From a bacterium (GTDB lineage Bacteria > Hinthialibacterota > Hinthialibacteria > Hinthialibacterales > Hinthialibacteraceae), in NCBI GenBank assembly GCA_016125385.1, contig WGLV01000049.1, positions 1 to 59,151 on the forward strand: 59,151 nt of DNA, written 5' to 3'. The translations under genes and the position numbers were made by a program. Every line of letters starts with the position of its first letter. The first letter of the stretch is position 1. The notes beneath the pieces are model-generated. The model searched no databases. It saw nothing but the letters and a program-made list of their open reading frames with translations, and was not told the origin of the DNA. Shown one piece after another: positions 28,344-39,026 of the stretch.

Positions 28344-30380
28344 ATGTCCAGGGATGATAGATTGACGATATCACGCCGGGGAGTCATTCAACTCGGCTTC
28401 ATGGCGGGGCTCGGCGCAGCGGGCCGGTTCGACGCGCTGAGCGCCTTCGCTCAGGATGATGAATACACGCCGCTGCAACGCTTCCCTCGCATGATGCAGG
28501 AATACATGACCGGCGTCATCGATGAAATCGATCTGAAAAATCGATTGCTCGTCGATGCGCTGAATACGCGCGAAGACGCCTTGGAATTCGTTCGCTCGGC
28601 GCGTGAACGCATCCGGCGAAGTTTCGGACCCGCGCCGGAAAAAACGCCGCTCAATCCTCGCGTCGTCAAACGAACCGAGCGCGATGCATACGTCATCGAA
28701 AACGTGATATTCGAAAGCCGGCCGGGGTTTCTCGTCACCGCCAACCTCTACCTGCCCAAGGGCAAGCCTCTGCCCGCGCCCGGCGTGATCGGAACCTGCG
28801 GCCATTCAGCCACCGGCAAGGCGTATGAGTTTTACCAGTCGTTCGCGCAGGCGCTGGCGCGCATGGGCTACGTGGTGTTGATCTACGACCCCATCAGCCA
28901 GGGCGAACGCATCCAGTACCCAACCGGCGACGGCAAGTCGCGCTATGGAATCGGCGTGGGCGAGCATATCCAGGCGGGCAACCAGCAGTTCCTCGTCAAC
29001 GAGTTCATCGGCGCGTGGCGCGCGTGGGATGGAATCCGCGCGCTCGATTACCTGCTTTCGCGCGTCGAAGTCGACCCCAACCACGTTGGCGTGACCGGCA
29101 ACTCGGGCGGCGGTACGATGACAACCTGGCTGTGTGGACTGGACGACCGTTTCACCATGGCGGCGCCGGGCTGCTTCGTCACCACCTTCCGGCGCAATCT
29201 GGAAAACGAACTGCCCGCCGATACGGAACAATGCCCGCCTCACGCGCTTGCGCTGGGACTCGATCATTTCGATTTCATCGCGGCGATGGCGCCCAAACCG
29301 GTGATCCTGCTGGGTAAAGAAAAAGATTTCTTCGATGTGCGCGGGCTGATCGAAGCCCATCGCAGGCTCAAGCGAATCTACAAATTGCTGGGCGCTGAAG
29401 ACCGGATCGGCCTGTTCATTGGCCCGACCGAACATGGCTATTCGCTCGAAAACCGCGAGGCGATGTATCGCTGGTTCAATCAGGTTACCGGCGTTTCAGA
29501 CGCCCAAAGCGAACCGGCGCTGACCGTCGAAAAAGACGAAACCCTGTGGTGTACGCCCAATGGCCAGGTGCATGAAATGAACTCGCGCAAGGTGTATTCA
29601 TTCACCCGCGAAAAATCCCTGGCGCTGGCGGCCCGGCGTACGCCCCTGAAGGGCGAGGCGCTCAAACAGGCGGTCATAAATATGCTTCGGCTTCCCCATC
29701 GCGCGGGCGCACCCGATTTCCGCATCCTCCGCCCCATGCGCGGGCGCGGCTACCCGGCGCCCAGTTTCTCCACCTACGCGATCGAAACCGAACCCGGCGT
29801 CTTCGCGCCCACGTACTACCTGACCGAAGAACGCCTGCAATCGCGCCCGCCGCGCGGTGAAAAAGCCATCCTCTACGTTTCCGATCTGTCCAGCGATGAA
29901 GAGTTGCGCTCCGAACCAATGATCCGCGATCTGATCAAGGCCGAGCCGGACGCGGCGTTGTTCGCCTTTGACGCGCGCGGCGTCGGCGAATCGCTGCCCA
30001 ACACCTGCGGCTCGGGCTTCTTTGATCCTTACGGGCCCGATTATTTCTACGCGATCCATTCCATCATGCTCGACCGTCCTTACCTCGGTCAGAAGACGCA
30101 TGACGTGCTGTGCGTGCTCGATTGGCTCGCTTCGTATGGGTACCGCGGCGTACATCTCGCCTCGCGCGGGCGCGGCGCCTTCATCGCGGTCTTCGCGGCG
30201 CTGCTGCATGACGGCGTAAAACGGATCACGCTGAAAAATTCCGCCGATTCCTACGCAGCCATCGCCGAGACGGAAGACTACGCTCAACCGTTATCGGTAT
30301 TATTGCCCGGCGTACTCGAGCGATTCGATCTGCCTGATTGCTACGCCGAGCTGCAATCCAGACAACTCAAACGAATTTAA
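28344..30380 (+). CDS. Alpha/beta-hydrolase (acetyl-xylan-esterase/CE7- or S9-like), Tat-exported
   Basis: Twin-arginine leader 'SRRGVIQLGFMAGLGAAG'. GxSxG nucleophile elbow 'TGNSGGG'. 678 aa. Confidence 0.55.
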   Translation: MSRDDRLTISRRGVIQLGFMAGLGAAGRFDALSAFAQDDEYTPLQRFPRMMQEYMTGVIDEIDLKNRLLVDALNTREDALEFVRSARERIRRSFGPAPEKTPLNPRVVKRTERDAYVIENVIFESRPGFLVTANLYLPKGKPLPAPGVIGTCGHSATGKAYEFYQSFAQALARMGYVVLIYDPISQGERIQYPTGDGKSRYGIGVGEHIQAGNQQFLVNEFIGAWRAWDGIRALDYLLSRVEVDPNHVGVTGNSGGGTMTTWLCGLDDRFTMAAPGCFVTTFRRNLENELPADTEQCPPHALALGLDHFDFIAAMAPKPVILLGKEKDFFDVRGLIEAHRRLKRIYKLLGAEDRIGLFIGPTEHGYSLENREAMYRWFNQVTGVSDAQSEPALTVEKDETLWCTPNGQVHEMNSRKVYSFTREKSLALAARRTPLKGEALKQAVINMLRLPHRAGAPDFRILRPMRGRGYPAPSFSTYAIETEPGVFAPTYYLTEERLQSRPPRGEKAILYVSDLSSDEELRSEPMIRDLIKAEPDAALFAFDARGVGESLPNTCGSGFFDPYGPDYFYAIHSIMLDRPYLGQKTHDVLCVLDWLASYGYRGVHLASRGRGAFIAVFAALLHDGVKRITLKNSADSYAAIAETEDYAQPLSVLLPGVLERFDLPDCYAELQSRQLKRI

Positions 30381-30395
30381 ACGGAAGATAAAAGA

Positions 30396-32078
30396 ATGAA
30401 CGGAAAATCCATCATGACGTCGCGCCTTGTATTTTCTCTTACGATTCTGATTGCATTACTCGCAACCTCCCTGGCAGGTTTATCGCAGGACGTTCACCCA
30501 TGGACGCCGGTCGAATTGAGTTTCAAAGCCGGCGCCGATTTAAAAACGCCCTACATTGACGGCCTCCCCGATGGCGGCGAGCCATACCTGAAGGCGGTTT
30601 TTAAACACGAAAGCGGTGAAACCATCACGCTGCCGGGCTTCTGGGACGGCGGTTCGGATTGGAAGGTGCGCTTCGCTCCGGCGAAGCCCGGCGCATGGCG
30701 CTACGTCACTCAATCTCCGGATGAACTGCTGAACGGGCAGACCGGTGAAATCGTCTGCTCGGCGTGGAGCGATGAGCAGATCGATGATAATCCCACCCGT
30801 CGCGGATTCATTCACGTAAACGAAAAAGAGCCCCGTCCCGGACGCTATTTCATCTACGCCGACGGGACGCCCTTTCTGTGGATCGGCGACACATGGTGGA
30901 ACTGGACCAAGCGCGGCATCCCGCTGGAGCGATTTCAGACCCTCGCCGACGATCGCGCATCCAAAGGCTTTACCGTGGGTCAGCTGTTCTTCGCGGGGCT
31001 GGGCTGGGGCAAACAGAGTTCGATGCTGAATGAAGATTTCACCCAACCGGACGTCGACCACATTCATGAAGTCGAAGCCATGATCCGCTACGCCAACCAG
31101 AAAGGGATCACGGTATGGGTGCATGGCTGGTGGGGCGGCGCTCATCTGAAAGATCACGTCGGCGCGGAAGCGATCCGGCGATGGACGCGTTACATGGTGG
31201 CGCGGCTTGCGGCCTATAACGTGATCTGGGTTCTGGCGGGCGAGTATAACCTCGACAACTACGGCGGACTGGGTCTCGATTTCTGGGAAGACCTCGGCGC
31301 GATGATCGCGAAAGAAGACCCATACGATCGCGCCATCAGCGCTCACCCCACGCCCCCCGGCTGGGGAGGCGGCGAAGGTGCGCCGCAATGGTCGACGGCC
31401 GATGTGATGCACGACGAATCGTGGCTGAGCTACAACCAGAGCCAGGTCGGCCACGGTAAATGGCGTAACGAGATGATCCCTTCCGTGGTGAGCGAGGCGT
31501 ATGCAAAACAACCCGCCAAGCCCATTGTGGTCACTGAACCGTGGTACGAATTCATCAAGGGCAATCCCACGGCGGAAGAAATCCGCTTCGGCGCCTGGTC
31601 GGCGATGTGTTCGGGCGCGGCGGGCCACAGTTACGGCGGCGGCCATGTCTGGAAGGCGCACGTCCCCGAGGCCCCGGCGGGCAAGGATTCCTGGCCGATG
31701 GAGATGGGCTTTGAAACGAACACGCTTGATTACCCCGGCGCTCGTTCGATCGGGTACATGGCGAAGTTCCTGAAATCGATCGACTGGTGGGAGTTGGAAC
31801 CGCATCCCGAACTGGTGATCGACAACTCATCGCGTTATTGCATGGCCAAACCGGGTCTGCGCTACGTCGCGTTTCTGCGCTGGGGCGGCGCGGTGAAACT
31901 CGATCTCACCGGCGCGCCCGAGATATCTCAATTGCGCTATCAATGGATCGACCTCGGCGAAGAGAAAATCGCTTCGGAGGGCACGGTTCAGGGCGGCGGC
32001 GTACGCGCCTTTCATCCACCCCAGGATTACCCCGGCATTCCCGGCGTGAAGGATTACGTGCTGTACGTCTATCCTTAG
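30396..32078 (+). CDS. DUF5060-DUF4038 (GH140-like) putative glycoside hydrolase, secreted
   Basis: Signal peptide. N-terminal Ig-like segment, then TIM-barrel-like region ('YADGTPFLWIGDTWWN'). This architecture is typical of the DUF4038 family. Confidence 0.45.
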   Translation: MNGKSIMTSRLVFSLTILIALLATSLAGLSQDVHPWTPVELSFKAGADLKTPYIDGLPDGGEPYLKAVFKHESGETITLPGFWDGGSDWKVRFAPAKPGAWRYVTQSPDELLNGQTGEIVCSAWSDEQIDDNPTRRGFIHVNEKEPRPGRYFIYADGTPFLWIGDTWWNWTKRGIPLERFQTLADDRASKGFTVGQLFFAGLGWGKQSSMLNEDFTQPDVDHIHEVEAMIRYANQKGITVWVHGWWGGAHLKDHVGAEAIRRWTRYMVARLAAYNVIWVLAGEYNLDNYGGLGLDFWEDLGAMIAKEDPYDRAISAHPTPPGWGGGEGAPQWSTADVMHDESWLSYNQSQVGHGKWRNEMIPSVVSEAYAKQPAKPIVVTEPWYEFIKGNPTAEEIRFGAWSAMCSGAAGHSYGGGHVWKAHVPEAPAGKDSWPMEMGFETNTLDYPGARSIGYMAKFLKSIDWWELEPHPELVIDNSSRYCMAKPGLRYVAFLRWGGAVKLDLTGAPEISQLRYQWIDLGEEKIASEGTVQGGGVRAFHPPQDYPGIPGVKDYVLYVYP

Positions 32079-32154
32079 CGGATAGTTCGGGGATCGGAAA
32101 GCGGCCTGGTAACGATAAGATCTTGTTCGATGCCGTTGCGAGATAAAAGCCTGT

Positions 32155-32886
32155 ATGAAGCCCCTGTTGATCGTAAAAGCGGGAACCACTTTCGCCACCA
32201 CCCGGCGCGCACTGGGAGACTTCGACGTATGGACGATGCGTGGACTGGGGCTTCCGGCTGAAGACATCCTCATAGCCGATCCCGTTCACGGCATGCTGCC
32301 TCACCCGGATGAGATCGCCGGCGTTACGATCACCGGCTCCCACTCAATGGTCACCGGCCGCGAACCGTGGAGCGAGCGCCTCGCGGCGTGGACGGCTGAA
32401 ATCGTGCGGGCCGGCGTCCCCTTGTTCGGGGTGTGCTTCGGTCATCAGGTGCTGGCCCATGCGTTGGGCGGCCAGGTGGGCTATCATCCTCGTGGAGTTG
32501 AAATTGGAGCGGTTGAAGTCGAACTGACCGGCGAGGGCGAACGCGATGCGTTGTTCAGCGATTGCCCGCGACGCTTCCGGGCCCACGTCACGCATTACCA
32601 GACGATCCTGACGCCCCCACCCGGCGCCGTGACGCTGGCAGCGAACGCGCATGAGCCCCATCACGCCATCCGCGTCGGCGAACACGCTTGGGGAGTTCAG
32701 TTTCACCCTGAATACGACTCCGCCGTCATGCGTTCCTACATCGACGAACAGCGAACGGCGCTTGCCGAGCGTAAAATCGACGCCGATCGCGCGTGGACGG
32801 AGGTTTGTGAAACGCCGGAAGCGAATATACTTCTCAGACGGTTCGCCCGATACGTGGAAACAAGGCGAGGCCGCCGGGACACGTAA
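32155..32886 (+). CDS. Class I glutamine amidotransferase-like protein
   Basis: 'GVCFGHQ' nucleophile-Cys motif and 'VQFHPE' His motif of GATase1. Confidence 0.65.
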   Translation: MKPLLIVKAGTTFATTRRALGDFDVWTMRGLGLPAEDILIADPVHGMLPHPDEIAGVTITGSHSMVTGREPWSERLAAWTAEIVRAGVPLFGVCFGHQVLAHALGGQVGYHPRGVEIGAVEVELTGEGERDALFSDCPRRFRAHVTHYQTILTPPPGAVTLAANAHEPHHAIRVGEHAWGVQFHPEYDSAVMRSYIDEQRTALAERKIDADRAWTEVCETPEANILLRRFARYVETRRGRRDT

Positions 32887-32920
32887 CGATCCCTGTCAAC
32901 AAAAAAAATGGAGCCGCCGG

Positions 32921-34633
32921 ATGGCCGAAAACGAAACCTACCAAGCGCTTGATTTTATCCGTGAGATCGTCAAAGCCGATGTGGAATCGGGCAAAAACGA
33001 CGGCCGCGTTCATACCCGCTTTCCGCCTGAACCCAACGGCTATCTGCACATCGGTCACGCCAAGGCCATCTGTCTCAATTTCGGCCTCGCGGAAGAATAC
33101 AACGGCCTGACCAACCTGCGTTTCGACGATACCAACCCCACTAAAGAAAAAGATGAATACGTCGAGGCGATTCAGGACGACATCCATTGGCTGGGCTTTG
33201 ACTGGGCCGGCCGCCTCTATTACGCCTCTGATTATTTCGACCAGTTGTACGAGTGGGCGGTCGAACTGATCAAAAAGGGCAAAGCCTACGTCTGCGACCT
33301 CACCGATGAGGAAATGAGCGAATACCGCGGCGCCAACGTCTTTAATGAAGAAGGCAAACGCATCACCCCCCCCGGTAAAAACAGCCCATACCGAGACCGC
33401 TCGGTTGAAGAAAATCTCGACCTGTTCGAGCGTATGAAAAACGGCGAGTTCCCCGACGGCGCACGCACCTTGCGCGCCAGGATCGACATGGCGCATCCTA
33501 ACCTCATCATGCGCGATCCAGTGATGTACCGCATCATGCGCAAACATCACTTCCGCCAGGGCGATAAATGGCTGCTCTACCCCACCTACGACTGGACGCA
33601 CGGGCAGTCGGACTCCATCGAAGGCATCACCCACTCAATCTGCGACGTCAGTTTCGAAATTCATCGTCCGCTGTACGACTGGTTTCTCGAAGCGCTCGAG
33701 ATCTATCACCCGCGCCAGTACGAATTCGGCCGCCTGAACCTGACCTACACCGTCCTCAGCAAGCGCTATCTGCGCCAGTTGGTTGAAGACGGTCACGTCG
33801 CCGGTTGGGATGACCCGCGCCTGCCCACACTGCGTGGAATGCGGCGGCGCGGTTACACGCCGGAGGCGATCCGCGAATTCTGCCGGCGCATCGGCATCAG
33901 CAAAAGCGACGGCATCGTCGAGATTCAGAACCTTGAACACTGCGTGCGCGAACACCTCAATAAAACCGCGCCGCGCGTGATGGCGGTTCTCGATCCGATC
34001 AAGGTCGTCATCACCAACTACCCCGAAGGCCAGTCTGAAGAGCTTGATGCGATCAACAACCCCGAAGATCCTAACGCGGGAACACGGCAGGTTCCCTTCT
34101 CGCGCGAGTTATACATCGAGCGCGACGACTTCATGGAAGACCCGCCGAAAAAATTCTTCCGCCTCGCGCCGGGCCGCGAAGTCCGCCTGCGCTACGCCTA
34201 TTTCATCACCTGTCACGAAGTCGTAAAGAATGAAAACGGCGAGATCGTCGAACTGCGCTGCACCTACGACCCCGCCACGCGCGGTGGTGACGCGCCGGAC
34301 GGCCGCAAGGTCAAAGCGACGCTGCACTGGGTTTCCGCCCCGCACGCGGCGCGCGCCGAGGTTCGTCTGTACGATTATCTCTTCACCCGCGAAGACCCGA
34401 TGAACGTTCCTGAAGGTGAAGACTGGAAGGCGAATCTCAATCCCCGGTCGGTTGTGATTAACCGCGAGGCCCGTCTCGAACCCATGCTGAAAGACGCAGA
34501 GCCCGGCTTCCGCTGCCAGTTCGAGCGGCTTGGATATTTCTGTAAGGACCCCGATTCGACGCCCGATACGCCCGTCTTCAATCGCACCGTCGCTCTGAAG
34601 GATTCCTGGAAAAAAGTACAGGACAAAGGATAA
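32921..34633 (+). CDS. glnS: Glutaminyl-tRNA synthetase
   Basis: '[14 protein letters not shown]' HIGH motif, 'VLSKR' KMSKS motif, GlnRS anticodon-binding C-terminus. ATG at 32921 with GGAG upstream. The ORF-track extension back to 32651 is rejected. Confidence 0.9.
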   Translation: MAENETYQALDFIREIVKADVESGKNDGRVHTRFPPEPNGYLHIGHAKAICLNFGLAEEYNGLTNLRFDDTNPTKEKDEYVEAIQDDIHWLGFDWAGRLYYASDYFDQLYEWAVELIKKGKAYVCDLTDEEMSEYRGANVFNEEGKRITPPGKNSPYRDRSVEENLDLFERMKNGEFPDGARTLRARIDMAHPNLIMRDPVMYRIMRKHHFRQGDKWLLYPTYDWTHGQSDSIEGITHSICDVSFEIHRPLYDWFLEALEIYHPRQYEFGRLNLTYTVLSKRYLRQLVEDGHVAGWDDPRLPTLRGMRRRGYTPEAIREFCRRIGISKSDGIVEIQNLEHCVREHLNKTAPRVMAVLDPIKVVITNYPEGQSEELDAINNPEDPNAGTRQVPFSRELYIERDDFMEDPPKKFFRLAPGREVRLRYAYFITCHEVVKNENGEIVELRCTYDPATRGGDAPDGRKVKATLHWVSAPHAARAEVRLYDYLFTREDPMNVPEGEDWKANLNPRSVVINREARLEPMLKDAEPGFRCQFERLGYFCKDPDSTPDTPVFNRTVALKDSWKKVQDKG

Positions 34634-34654
34634 CCAAAGATACAATTACTGACG

Positions 34655-36079
34655 ATGAATCAATCCAACACTGTTCGTGTCCGTTTCGCCCCCAGCCCCA
34701 CCGGCAATCCGCACGTGGGCAACTTTCGCACCGCGTTGTACAACTACCTGTTCGCGCGTCATCACGGTGGAGAATTTCTGCTGCGCGTCGAAGACACTGA
34801 CCGTGAGCGTTCCAAGCCCGAGTATGAAGACGCCATTCTGGAAAGCCTGCGATGGCTTGGCCTTGAACTGGACGGCGATCCGGTTCGGCAGAGTGAACGC
34901 GCCGCGCGCCATCAGGCCGAGGCCAATCGCCTGCTGGCGGAAGGCAAAGCCTACCGTTGCCGTTGCACGGCCGAACGCCTCGACGCCTTGCGTGAACAAC
35001 AGCGTGAAAAGGGCGAGACGCCCATGTACGACGGCCATTGCCGCGAGGCCAACCACCCTGATGACGGAACGCCGTTCTGCGTCCGGCTGAAGGCTCCTCG
35101 CGAGGGCGTCACCAGCATTCACGACCCGATTCGCGGCGCGGTCACCGTCCAGAACAACGAGCTCGACGATCTCGTCATCCTGCGCACCGACGGCTCGCCG
35201 ACCTATAACTTCGCCGTGGTGGTCGACGACGGCGACATGAAGATCACTCACGTCATCCGAGGCGACGACCACCTGCGCAACACCTTGCGTCAGGTTGCGA
35301 TCTTTGACGCCTTGGGGCTCGAGTTGCCGCGCTTCGCTCATCTGCCTCAAATTCTCGGTCAGGACCGCACCCGGCTCTCCAAGCGCCACGGCGCCGCCGG
35401 CGTCCTCGAATACCGCGATCAGGGCTACCTCGCCGAAGCGCTGGTCAATTACCTCGCGCGGCTGGGCTGGGGCCACGGCGATCAGGAAGTCTTCACAATA
35501 AGCGAACTGGCCGAACACTTCGCGCTGGAAAACGTAAACGCTTCCGCCGCCGTCTTCGATCCACAAAAACTCCTGTGGCTGGCGGGCGAACATATGCGCC
35601 GCCTGCCGGAAGACGATCTGGCCGCGCGATTCGTCGAGCACGTCCAGCGGAGAGGCCTGCTCACCGAACAGCGGATCGACAACGCTCCGCTGAAAAAGAT
35701 CATCGCCTGCACGCGCGAGCGCTCCAAAACGCTCGAAGAAATGTTTGACTTCGTGCGCTTTGTCTTCGCTGATCGGCTCGAATTCGATCCGGACGAAGCG
35801 GCGAAAGCCTTCACTCCCGAGGCGATGGCCAGCCTCGCCGATCTCGCTGATTTCGCGGGAACTCAATCAGGCAAGTCGCCCTCGCACGAAGAATGGGAAA
35901 ACGCCTTCAAGGCGATTCTTGAGAAGCACGCAATCAAGATGAAGGTCATGGCTCCCGCGGTGAGGTTGGCGTTGACCGGAACGAAAGTCAGCCCGCCCAT
36001 TTTCGATGTGCTTGACTTACTGGGTACGGACGAAGTCCAGCGCCGCATCCAACAGGCGCTCGAATACAAATCCGCCTGA
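34655..36079 (+). CDS. gltX: Glutamyl-tRNA synthetase
   Basis: 'RFAPSPTGNPHVGN' HIGH-region, 'RLSKRHG' KMSKS motif. 474 aa. Confidence 0.9.
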   Translation: MNQSNTVRVRFAPSPTGNPHVGNFRTALYNYLFARHHGGEFLLRVEDTDRERSKPEYEDAILESLRWLGLELDGDPVRQSERAARHQAEANRLLAEGKAYRCRCTAERLDALREQQREKGETPMYDGHCREANHPDDGTPFCVRLKAPREGVTSIHDPIRGAVTVQNNELDDLVILRTDGSPTYNFAVVVDDGDMKITHVIRGDDHLRNTLRQVAIFDALGLELPRFAHLPQILGQDRTRLSKRHGAAGVLEYRDQGYLAEALVNYLARLGWGHGDQEVFTISELAEHFALENVNASAAVFDPQKLLWLAGEHMRRLPEDDLAARFVEHVQRRGLLTEQRIDNAPLKKIIACTRERSKTLEEMFDFVRFVFADRLEFDPDEAAKAFTPEAMASLADLADFAGTQSGKSPSHEEWENAFKAILEKHAIKMKVMAPAVRLALTGTKVSPPIFDVLDLLGTDEVQRRIQQALEYKSA

Positions 36080-36108
36080 ACGAATTGATGAGTGAAAGAA
36101 CAACCGTC

Positions 36109-36138
36109 GGGGGCGGCGAAAGCCGCCCCCGCTTCTTT
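36109..36138. terminator. Rho-independent terminator between convergent gltX and the CotH gene
   Basis: GGGGGCGGC-gaaa-GCCGCCCCC hairpin, then GCTTCTTT. Confidence 0.6.
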
Positions 36139-38683
36139 ACCACTCAAACAAACTCCAGTCGTTCACGTCAGCCGGCAGAACGCTCTTGAGATACGCGCGA
36201 CGCTCTTGAATGTAATCGCTGATAATCGCATATGAGGATTCGATCTGTGTTTTTCGCGTCGAAACGTTGCGTCCGGTCTGCGCCGCTATCTTGTCGAGAT
36301 CGTCAAACAGCATCGCCTTCATCTCATCGATCTTGCTGAACATCGTTTCTTCGGAAAACTCCCTGTCGATCCGGTTCGCCATGCGCATGACGTATGCCTC
36401 GTAAAACATCCCGTCCCGATGCATGGGCGAAGTCACCGGCCCGGGCGCGCGCGATACCCGGTCCTCTCCGATCGCGACGCCGTCGATGGGGAACGAGAGC
36501 GGCATCCGCGCATAGATGATGTCCTGATTGGGCGGCGGAACCGCGCCCCACACCCAATCGAGATCCCAGGGGATGATTTCCCAGCGCCCGCTGTCCGGGT
36601 CCAGATACATCCAGTTGTTGTTCCAATACCCGTCCCAGTTGCTCACGAACATGCTGGCCGCGCTGTAATTCAAAAATTCATCCACCTCGATGTTTTCTTC
36701 AATCGTCCGCCGGCGCTGGGTAAGGTCGTTCGAGCGGATATTCGATAAGAGCGATTCGATGGAACCGGTCCCTTCATCCTTATTCGTGTGTTTTTCCCAA
36801 TTGGGGTTTGAATACACGAGTTTATAGAGATCGGCGTCCGGGTCGCGGCCGTTCATTGCAAGAAAATTCTCATTGACCTGTTCGTTGATTAACCGCTGAG
36901 TCTGCGTACCGGCGGGCATCTCGATCACGCGGTAAAATCGCGACCAGGGCGTCAACACCCCCATCTGTTCAAATAACCAAAAGCCGAGATGTTCGCGGTA
37001 GGGCGAACTGATTCCCGCGTTGGTTCCTCCTGTCGGTATTTCAGGAATCACGTTAATGGTGCGGTCGCCATAAAATTCCGAGCCTTTCAGAAAACGCACT
37101 TTGAGACGCTGGCTGGCGGAAGGCAACACAATCGCGCCATCGTACACGATGGGGGCTCCATCGTCCGCCGACAGGCTCACCGCCGCGCTGTACTGCGCCG
37201 AGCCGCCGATTAACGGCGAGCGTTGCGTCTCAAACAGCCAGAGCAGCGGCAGGCTCGCCTCCACCTCGCCGTCGTATACGAAATACGAATAAAACGGCGC
37301 CGGTTCGGCGGAGTGAGGCAATAGGATCTCGTCTCCCTGAACCCGTTTGACTTTGATATTTGTCCGAATCAACGATTGCGTCGGCTGCGGAGGGATCTCC
37401 GCCTGAAAGGTGGCGGTCACCTCGTCTTCGCTCGTTAACGTCATGGGGAGCTCATGGGGCCAGACGCCGTCATCGGCTGAAAGCAGTGACGGCGCCAGCA
37501 CAAAGTCAGAACTGTTCCCCAGCGAGACGTTGAAACCAACCAGAGCGATCACGTTTTCTCCGCTCTGTAATACGCCCTCGGTCGATAATGTAAACAACTC
37601 CGGCTCATCCGATTCATGCGACCCGCTTGACACCGATTCGTTGGTGTACGTTTGCGGCGCCTGCGCTCGCGCGGCTTCAACGCCGTTCAGATAACAGATA
37701 AATCCGTCGTCGTAATAGATGTTCAAACGGTAAGGCTTGTCCAGATCGTCTTCGCTGAGATAAAACGATTTCCGGATATAAAACGTCGAATACGCCCCCC
37801 GCATGTCGTTCAGCTCGGTCGACACCGGGCCGAGATCGCCGTATCCAAACCCGCCCAGCCCGGTCTCCCATGAGCGGTCGTTAAATTCGATTTGCGTCCA
37901 TTCAAGTCCCGCCGAGGGCGCGAAGGTTCCCTTCCAGTATCGCCAGCGTTCGTCCGATCGCACGATGGCGGAATCATTCGTCTCGGCGCCCACGCGTTCA
38001 TACCGCAACGTGACCGAATCGATGGGATGCGGCGAGTCCAGCGTCACGCGAACCTGAACCGTGTCGCCTGATGAAGGGTGCGATGGGGTAAACGATTGCG
38101 CGACGATGGCCGGACGATCCGGCGTCCCCGCGACGGAGTTCACCGCGCCGGGCGTCCCTCCGTCGGTCAGTGAAGCCCTCCACGTGTGATAGTCGCCCGG
38201 CGGCAGGTCCCACGCGATGCGTTCCAGCGACGAGCCATACCCGTCCGCGCCCAATGGCCAGGGCGGGCGATCGTCATAGGTCACGGTATCAACAATCTCG
38301 CCTTGCTGATTTCTCAACCGCAGCCGTTCCCCACCATCTGCCAGGCGGGATGGATAAGGGCCAATGATGCGAAAAGGTTTGTTGCTCCAATAGCGTGGTG
38401 ATGTATTTTTGACGATGACTAAAAAGGAGTTCGCCTCAATGCGAGTCCCCGCCGGAATCGCATAGTCGATGCCCGAGTCGAAATAATACCCGCCAACATC
38501 GACGGCTTCGCCGCTGGAGTTATACAGCTCGATGAATTCTCTGAAGACGCCCGATTCGAGGTCCAGGTCGGGCGGATTGTAATGAATTTCGTTGATCACC
38601 ACGGCGCCAAAAGCGGGCGTCGTACAAATGAATATCCCGAAATACCAGAACAACCATCGGCTTGATTTGGCCGGTGTACGCAT
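36137..38683 (-). CDS. Lamin-tail-domain / CotH-family protein (atypical kinase fold), secreted
   Basis: Start taken at MRTPAK. Signal peptide. 'VINEIHYNP...EFIELYN' lamin-tail domain. C-terminal 'WDGYWNNNWMYLD...WDLDWVWG' is typical of CotH. Confidence 0.65.
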   Translation of the reverse strand: MRTPAKSSRWLFWYFGIFICTTPAFGAVVINEIHYNPPDLDLESGVFREFIELYNSSGEAVDVGGYYFDSGIDYAIPAGTRIEANSFLVIVKNTSPRYWSNKPFRIIGPYPSRLADGGERLRLRNQQGEIVDTVTYDDRPPWPLGADGYGSSLERIAWDLPPGDYHTWRASLTDGGTPGAVNSVAGTPDRPAIVAQSFTPSHPSSGDTVQVRVTLDSPHPIDSVTLRYERVGAETNDSAIVRSDERWRYWKGTFAPSAGLEWTQIEFNDRSWETGLGGFGYGDLGPVSTELNDMRGAYSTFYIRKSFYLSEDDLDKPYRLNIYYDDGFICYLNGVEAARAQAPQTYTNESVSSGSHESDEPELFTLSTEGVLQSGENVIALVGFNVSLGNSSDFVLAPSLLSADDGVWPHELPMTLTSEDEVTATFQAEIPPQPTQSLIRTNIKVKRVQGDEILLPHSAEPAPFYSYFVYDGEVEASLPLLWLFETQRSPLIGGSAQYSAAVSLSADDGAPIVYDGAIVLPSASQRLKVRFLKGSEFYGDRTINVIPEIPTGGTNAGISSPYREHLGFWLFEQMGVLTPWSRFYRVIEMPAGTQTQRLINEQVNENFLAMNGRDPDADLYKLVYSNPNWEKHTNKDEGTGSIESLLSNIRSNDLTQRRRTIEENIEVDEFLNYSAASMFVSNWDGYWNNNWMYLDPDSGRWEIIPWDLDWVWGAVPPPNQDIIYARMPLSFPIDGVAIGEDRVSRAPGPVTSPMHRDGMFYEAYVMRMANRIDREFSEETMFSKIDEMKAMLFDDLDKIAAQTGRNVSTRKTQIESSYAIISDYIQERRAYLKSVLPADVNDWSLFEW

Positions 38684-38759
38684 GCGATCTCCCCTGTATT
38701 CACTCAATAAACTGAAAATCAGATTAAACCTGCTGAATTCTAATTCAAACAATATCACA

Positions 38760-39026
38760 ACTAGATCGAATCAATTCATGAATTATGATTCGCGCTATCC
38801 AGTCTCTCACATTGCGTCTTGCATGTAACTGGTTGAACTACCAAGTCTCTCAAAATAACATTTACCAAATATGCTTATTATTTTCTTTACATCGACGATA
38901 CCACATAATTATCTTAATTATATAGACTTAAGAAATCGGTCCGTTTAGCGATTTTTTTAACCGGCGCGGCATATTTATTGCTTGATAAAAAACATATAAA
39001 TACCATCTTTTGAAAGAGCATCCACC
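38760..39026 (+). promoter_or_regulatory. AT-rich promoter region upstream of the chemoreceptor gene
   Basis: Roughly 270 nt of AT-rich non-coding DNA between divergent genes. Contains TTGACA/TATAAA-like hexamers by eye. Confidence 0.3.

Noticed and set aside
32651-32920. Long 5' extension of the glnS ORF overlapping the GATase1 gene
   Set aside because: The extension is in a different frame from the GATase gene and covers its 3' end. A canonical ATG with a GGAG Shine-Dalgarno at 32921 gives a GlnRS of normal length beginning just before the HIGH motif.
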